From an uncultured Alphaproteobacteria bacterium (GTDB taxonomy: Bacteria > Pseudomonadota > Alphaproteobacteria > Rhizobiales > Xanthobacteraceae), in contig CAVYPJ010000001.1 of assembly GCA_963770385.1 (NCBI GenBank), positions 1,168,750 through 1,232,749 of the forward strand: a stretch of 64,000 nt of DNA, written 5' to 3'. The position numbers were made by a program, and so were the translations under genes. A model generated the notes under the pieces. The model had not been told where the DNA came from and did not search any database. It saw only the letters and a list, made by a program, of their open reading frames with translations. Below, piece after piece: positions 59,523 to 64,000 of the stretch. Position 1 is the first letter of the stretch, and each line of letters starts with the position of its first letter.

Positions 59523-61856
59523 TCAGGTGTGGGGCAGGAACGGCGTCAGCTCTTCCTCCGGCAACGAGCGCTCCAGAAGGCCGAGCTTGACCGGCACGTC
59601 GTAGAGGCGGCCCGGCCCGAAGCGCTTGTAGAAATGCCGCATGCCCGGAACGAGCACCCTGACCACGGGCACCTCGACATCGGGCCGCGTCTGGTCGAGG
59701 ACCAGAAAATCCATGCCGGCGCGACTTGCGATGTCGACACAGGCCTGCACCTGGTCGCGGGTGTTGTCGTGGACCGAGAGACCCACTGCCGGCGGCAGCA
59801 CCGGGTTCGCGGCGGGCAGCAGGAACGGATAGTTATCGAGGTTCAACGGCGTCACGCCATCGAGCGTGGGCTTCTCGCCACTTGCGCCACCCATCATGCC
59901 GATCGCCAGGAATTGGCTGAGCTCCGTCAGCGCGCGCAACAATGCGATCCGCCGGTCGAAATGCGAACCGGAGCCGAACTCGATGTTCTCCTGGCCGTCC
60001 TGCATCCAGTGCATGATTGCCACATAAGTGGGAATGCCGATATCGCTGGTGATGTCGAGTACCCAGATCTTCCGGCCAGCCTCGGCGAATTGCGACTTGA
60101 TATCGCGCACATAGGAATCGTCGAACTGGTCGAGATCGAGCTCGGCGCGCTGCGAGCGATTGTACCACCAGATCGCATAAGCATCGCGTTCGACAAGCTC
60201 AAGGAAGCCTTGAACGATCGCTTCTTCGCGCGTGTTGCCTGCCGCGCAGCCGTTGGAGTCGGTGTGGAAGCCGCGATAGAAGAAGTAGAGCAGCCCGGTC
60301 GGGAAATATTGGAAACGCTTGTCGCGCAGCGACCATGCCGGCGACCACTCGGTCTTCTCGGAAGGGTCGAACGGATGTGGCACCTGGTGCGCGCCATCGG
60401 GCTGTGGAATGTGCCTGGTGTCGTATTGCGACTGGCTGAAGAGCTGGACGTCGTTGGGCAGCATCGCTTCGCCGAGCTCGAAATCCGTGAAGCGTTTTGT
60501 GATCCGGATCTCGTCGCCCTGGAAGATTCCGGAGTAGCGCTCGATTGCCTCCATCAGCGCGCTGGCCTCGGCCTGCTCGGGGGTCGAGCCCTTGCCATAG
60601 CTGCCGCCGCTCAGGCCTGAGCGGAGCTGATCGACGCTGTGCGCCGGCGCGGAGAAATTATGCTGGGCGTAGAAGTTCGTGTTCATCGGCAGATCGGCCT
60701 CAATCCGCTCGAGTTGAGTGACCACACCGGTGAGGGGGCTGACATGCTTGCGGAAGCGCGACACGGTCGTACGTGACGACACCGTGCGATAGCCGCCGCT
60801 GGTCATGATCAGCTTGTTGCCTTCGGCAAGCTCGACCGGCCGTGGCCTGCGGCGCGGATTGTAGAGCTTCTTGCTGCCGCAGGTCGGGCATTGCGGGCGC
60901 CTCGCGACATAATGCTTGGCGATGTTCGCGCCCATCATGTCGAAGCTCGCGATATGATTATTTAGGTCGGTGCGAAAACCCGATGCAATTGCCTTTGCGA
61001 TCTCGACGGCGGCGAACTGGATGCCGCCCTGGCCGAGCATGTTGCGGACGAGCGGGGAGGTGGCGACCCGCTGCGCCGGCCCGCGCTCGAGGAAGCCTTT
61101 GATCTCGCGATTGCGGATCATGCGATCAAACAGGCAGGTCCAGCAAGCGGTCTCGCCCGGCTTGAGCACCGGTCCAACCAGAGGAAAGACGCCCGACGGT
61201 TGCACCAAGAGCCAAGGCGTCTTGTCTGCCACGCGCTGCTGGTTCAATTCGGCCAGACGCCGCTCCAGATAATCATTTGCCAGTGTGATAGTGAGATCCG
61301 GCGAGCGCGGCACGATGCGAACGCCGAGTTCGGCCAGGGCAGCCGTGAGCTCCTTGGCGCCAGCCACGTCGATCGCTTCAACGCGCACCTTGCACTCGCT
61401 GAGATTCTTCTCGGCGATCTCAGGCGGCAATCCGAGGCTTGCCCAGTAGCCTGCAACCGTCCCGTCGGCGCCATAGGAAGCTTGTGTGACGTAGCGCCGT
61501 TCGAGCAACCGTTTCAGCGCCTCCTCGATCTTGTCAGCGGGGAATTGCGGCTGCAGGTCGCGAAGAAGATCCTTTGCACTCTTGCCGCCTTTGGCGATCG
61601 CCGATACCAGCGTGCAATAGAGTTCGCCGTGCAGGAAGAATTTCCGGTCCTCCGAATAGAGGCACACGACATCGGGCGGCAGAACATAAGCGGTAAAATT
61701 CGGCGTGAATTGCAGGGCGTCCTTGCTGGCCGCCCGCTTGGCGACGGTCTTCTTGGAGGTGGTCCGCTTCGAGGCAGTCTCCTTCGAGGCAGCCTTCTTC
61801 GAGGCAGTCTTGCGTTGAGCCGTCTTGCGATGAACCTTCATCGTCTTCGCACGCAC
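59523..61856 (-). CDS. Fused azole cyclodehydratase (RRE / E1-like C domain / YcaO D domain)
   Basis: GETACWTCL and RRPQCPTCG; SALMEAIERYSG; SNGCAAGNTREEAIVQGFLELVERDA; Pro-rich C-terminus LTPFLPHT. Confidence 0.94.
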   Translation of the reverse strand: MRAKTMKVHRKTAQRKTASKKAASKETASKRTTSKKTVAKRAASKDALQFTPNFTAYVLPPDVVCLYSEDRKFFLHGELYCTLVSAIAKGGKSAKDLLRDLQPQFPADKIEEALKRLLERRYVTQASYGADGTVAGYWASLGLPPEIAEKNLSECKVRVEAIDVAGAKELTAALAELGVRIVPRSPDLTITLANDYLERRLAELNQQRVADKTPWLLVQPSGVFPLVGPVLKPGETACWTCLFDRMIRNREIKGFLERGPAQRVATSPLVRNMLGQGGIQFAAVEIAKAIASGFRTDLNNHIASFDMMGANIAKHYVARRPQCPTCGSKKLYNPRRRPRPVELAEGNKLIMTSGGYRTVSSRTTVSRFRKHVSPLTGVVTQLERIEADLPMNTNFYAQHNFSAPAHSVDQLRSGLSGGSYGKGSTPEQAEASALMEAIERYSGIFQGDEIRITKRFTDFELGEAMLPNDVQLFSQSQYDTRHIPQPDGAHQVPHPFDPSEKTEWSPAWSLRDKRFQYFPTGLLYFFYRGFHTDSNGCAAGNTREEAIVQGFLELVERDAYAIWWYNRSQRAELDLDQFDDSYVRDIKSQFAEAGRKIWVLDITSDIGIPTYVAIMHWMQDGQENIEFGSGSHFDRRIALLRALTELSQFLAIGMMGGASGEKPTLDGVTPLNLDNYPFLLPAANPVLPPAVGLSVHDNTRDQVQACVDIASRAGMDFLVLDQTRPDVEVPVVRVLVPGMRHFYKRFGPGRLYDVPVKLGLLERSLPEEELTPFLPHT

Positions 61857-62004
61857 GTTTCACCTATCGTTTTAGCGGGACCTGCGGCGCATGATGTCTC
61901 GGCCGCTGAAGCATCCAGTCCGCGCCCTAGCATTTTCTGCGAATTCTGGAAACCCTATGCCCTTGTCGAGAGAGGCAACGGCGGTGCCACAAAGGGGACA
62001 TGAA

Positions 62005-62036
62005 ATGGCCGGGTCGACTTGGTCGAACCCGGCCAT
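62005..62036 (-). terminator. Strong hairpin between the precursor and enzyme genes
   Basis: ATGGCCGGG-TTCGACCAAGTCGA-CCCGGCCAT followed by TTC; only a short U tract. Confidence 0.6.
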
Positions 62037-62077
62037 GACTTCGCACATTTTGAATGTCGTCAGGATTCGCTCCGCCG

Positions 62078-62473
62078 TCAGCAGACGCGGCAGGGTCCGC
62101 CCCACGAGATGCAGCAACCACCGCAACCACCGCAACCGACGCCACAACGGCAGGCGCGGCATCCGCGGCATCCACCGCAGCCCCGGCAGCCGCGGCAACC
62201 GCCACAGCCACGCCATGCAACCTGCACACCGTTGCCAGCATTTTCCTTGTCGAACAAATGGAATGTCGCCAAGCTCACATCGGCGATTTCTTCTTCACCG
62301 AGCGTCACCGCCTGAGACGGCGAAAAGTTCAATTTCTGCGGAGTGTCCACGGCCGGTACGGCCGAAGCTGAAGCGCCGCCCGCCAGCGAAAAAGTCAGAC
62401 CTGCGGCACCTAAGGCCGGCATTGTGGCTTTCGCCACGCTCTTCCGCTTCGAAGCCTGCTTCACCCGTGACAT
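62078..62473 (-). CDS. RiPP precursor peptide, 131 aa, with a Cys/Gly/Arg-rich core
   Basis: AAGGAGGAG RBS; signal-like N-terminus; acidic LGEEEIADVSL leader; core with 14 Cys; first gene of the YcaO/SagB operon. Confidence 0.88.
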   Translation of the reverse strand: MSRVKQASKRKSVAKATMPALGAAGLTFSLAGGASASAVPAVDTPQKLNFSPSQAVTLGEEEIADVSLATFHLFDKENAGNGVQVAWRGCGGCRGCRGCGGCRGCRACRCGVGCGGCGGCCISWGGPCRVC

Positions 62474-62520
62474 TGTAGCTCCTCCTTACCTGTGGGAACG
62501 TTTCGATTCCAGCCGCTGCA

Positions 62521-62549
62521 ATATTACGCTTGGCGACCGTGCCGCGCAA
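62521..62549 (-). promoter_or_regulatory. Sigma70-like promoter TTGCGC-N17-TAATAT for the RiPP operon
   Basis: Correct 17-nt spacing, about 48 nt upstream of the precursor ATG. Confidence 0.5.
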
Positions 62550-62722
62550 GCAACTAACGCGTTGTTTCGTATTCAGTTTCTATTCATCTTGATGAATGAC
62601 ATTGATGTCATTTATGCGATGCTTCCGCAGGCGGATTTGCGTGTTGCGACTTCATCGCGCAAACAACTCGGCAGGTGCAATGCATCTGCGGCAGTGCAGT
62701 GCAAACGGATAGCGTAGTCGGC

Positions 62723-63631
62723 ATGGTCGATCGTCAGGGCTGCTTTGTCTGGTATGAGCTGTTGACCACTGACGTGGCGGCGGCGAAGGCGTTCTATCGC
62801 GACGTCATCGGTTGGGAGTCGCAAGATGCGACGACACCAGCGTTTACTTACAGTCTTTTTATGTCGTCGAGCGGTGCGGTCGCCGGATTGATGGATCTGC
62901 CCGAGGAAGGTCGGCGAATGGGAGCGACGCCGAGGTGGGTCGGCTATGTCGCTGTCGACGACATCGACGCGACCGCCGATCAGGTCAGAAAGCTTGGCGG
63001 TAGGATCTACGTTCCGCCGACGGACAGCAATATCGGTCGGCTTTCGATCGTTGCCGACGCGCAAGCCGCGGACTTCGCGCTCGTTGATGGATTGAAGCCG
63101 GAGCGCCGGGCCACCGCTCCGGATGCGCCGGGGCATGTTGGCTGGCACGAATTGCTGGCAGCGGATGGCGCAAGCGCGTTCGCGTTTTACGCCGAACTGT
63201 TCGGCTGGAAAAAAGCTGAAGCGGTGGGACCGAAGAGTGCAGTCGAGTCCTACCAACTGTTCGCCGCTGACGGTGTCACGATGGGAGGCATCTTCACCAA
63301 GTTCGCCCGCGAGCGGGTTCCGTTCTGGCTATACTACTTCAATGTCGCCGATGTCGCGCAAGCGGTTGCGCGGGTGAGGGCGGGCGGCGGCAAGGTCGTG
63401 CAAGGGCCGACGGAATTGCCGGACGGAAGTTGGATCGTCCGCTGTATCGATCCTCAGGATACGATGTTCGCGCTACAGGGCAAATCGAGCCAGCGTGGCG
63501 CCGAGCAGCCCGCGGCCGAGATCGGCTGGTCCACAAAGTGGGGGGACTTCGCCTCACGCGGCAGAATGATTGTCCGGCCGGAGGCCAAGCCGAACACAAG
63601 CCCGAACACAAAGCCGAAGCCGCAGCGCTGA
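62723..63631 (+). CDS. Two-domain VOC (glyoxalase/bleomycin-resistance-like) protein
   Basis: FVWYEL..AKAFYRDVIGW and VGWHEL..AFAFYAELFGW repeats; divergent from the precursor. Confidence 0.88.
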   Translation: MVDRQGCFVWYELLTTDVAAAKAFYRDVIGWESQDATTPAFTYSLFMSSSGAVAGLMDLPEEGRRMGATPRWVGYVAVDDIDATADQVRKLGGRIYVPPTDSNIGRLSIVADAQAADFALVDGLKPERRATAPDAPGHVGWHELLAADGASAFAFYAELFGWKKAEAVGPKSAVESYQLFAADGVTMGGIFTKFARERVPFWLYYFNVADVAQAVARVRAGGGKVVQGPTELPDGSWIVRCIDPQDTMFALQGKSSQRGAEQPAAEIGWSTKWGDFASRGRMIVRPEAKPNTSPNTKPKPQR

Positions 63632-63638
63632 GACGCGT

Positions 63639-64000
63639 TTACTCGGCCGGGACCGGCTTGGGCGGCGCCTTCGATGCCGGTTTGTCCTGTCGTTTCGACC
63701 AGGAAATATAGTAGGCCACCGTCGTCATGATCGCGAGACCCGCGACGCTGACTAGGATCTGCGCCAGCAGCGAGCCGGAGCTCAGCAGTAGCGTGAAATG
63801 CGCGACGAAGGACAGGAAGACGCCGACGCAGAACACGGCGAGCGATTGCTGGCCGCAGACGATTGCGGGATCAAACACCTTCCATTCCAGCCCGGGCCAG
63901 GTCTTCGGCACGAACCTCACGACCAGCATCGCGATGACGACGAAGTGCAGGAAGCGATAGGGCGCCAGGAAGGTTTTGTCGTTCGGATTGAAGGTCGAAT
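63639..64000 (-). CDS. opgC: OpgC family protein, 3' part (gene starts beyond the window)
   Basis: DKTFLAPYRFLHF, CGQQSLAVFCVGVFLS. Confidence 0.8.
   Translation of the reverse strand, partial: STFNPNDKTFLAPYRFLHFVVIAMLVVRFVPKTWPGLEWKVFDPAIVCGQQSLAVFCVGVFLSFVAHFTLLLSSGSLLAQILVSVAGLAIMTTVAYYISWSKRQDKPASKAPPKPVPAE

Noticed and set aside
61872-62241. Alternative overlapping ORFs 61872-62216 and 61927-62241 as the RiPP precursor
   Set aside because: They are other frames of the same GC repeat and lack an RBS. Only 62078-62473 has a strong RBS, a leader and the Cys core.

Overview
High-GC alphaproteobacterial chromosome segment. The gene families and intergenic repeats look Bradyrhizobium-like (inference). 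Housekeeping anchors are recJ, efp/epmA/epmB, a class I DAHP synthase, a sirtuin, glgX, tRNA-Glu(TTC) and tRNA-Pro(TGG). Accessory blocks are interleaved with them: a four-gene catabolic cassette (1.1-3.9 kb), a DUF2946/TonB-dependent receptor/ExbBD/TonB uptake islet (8.9-14.3 kb), gene-poor regions rich in small ORFs and candidate sRNAs (27-30, 32.6-36.3 and 39-42 kb), a molybdenum hydroxylase catabolic cluster with ABC and Bug transporters (42.3-53.3 kb), and a general-stress block with sigma-EcfG-type promoters (53.7-57.9 kb). The strongest candidate for an undescribed system is a minimal three-gene azole RiPP cluster (58.0-62.5 kb). It has a fused cyclodehydratase/YcaO, a SagB/ThcOx-type oxidase, and a 131-aa precursor with a signal-peptide-like N-terminus and a Gly/Arg/Cys core carrying 14 Cys, mostly every third residue. 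No protease or exporter lies nearby. A second strong, sequence-supported finding is a Tyr/Phe/Trp leader-peptide attenuator upstream of the DAHP synthase. Several genes carry single-base frameshifts that may be assembly errors. No CRISPR array, rRNA or intact transposase/integrase was seen. All family calls come from motif recognition only; no searches were run.
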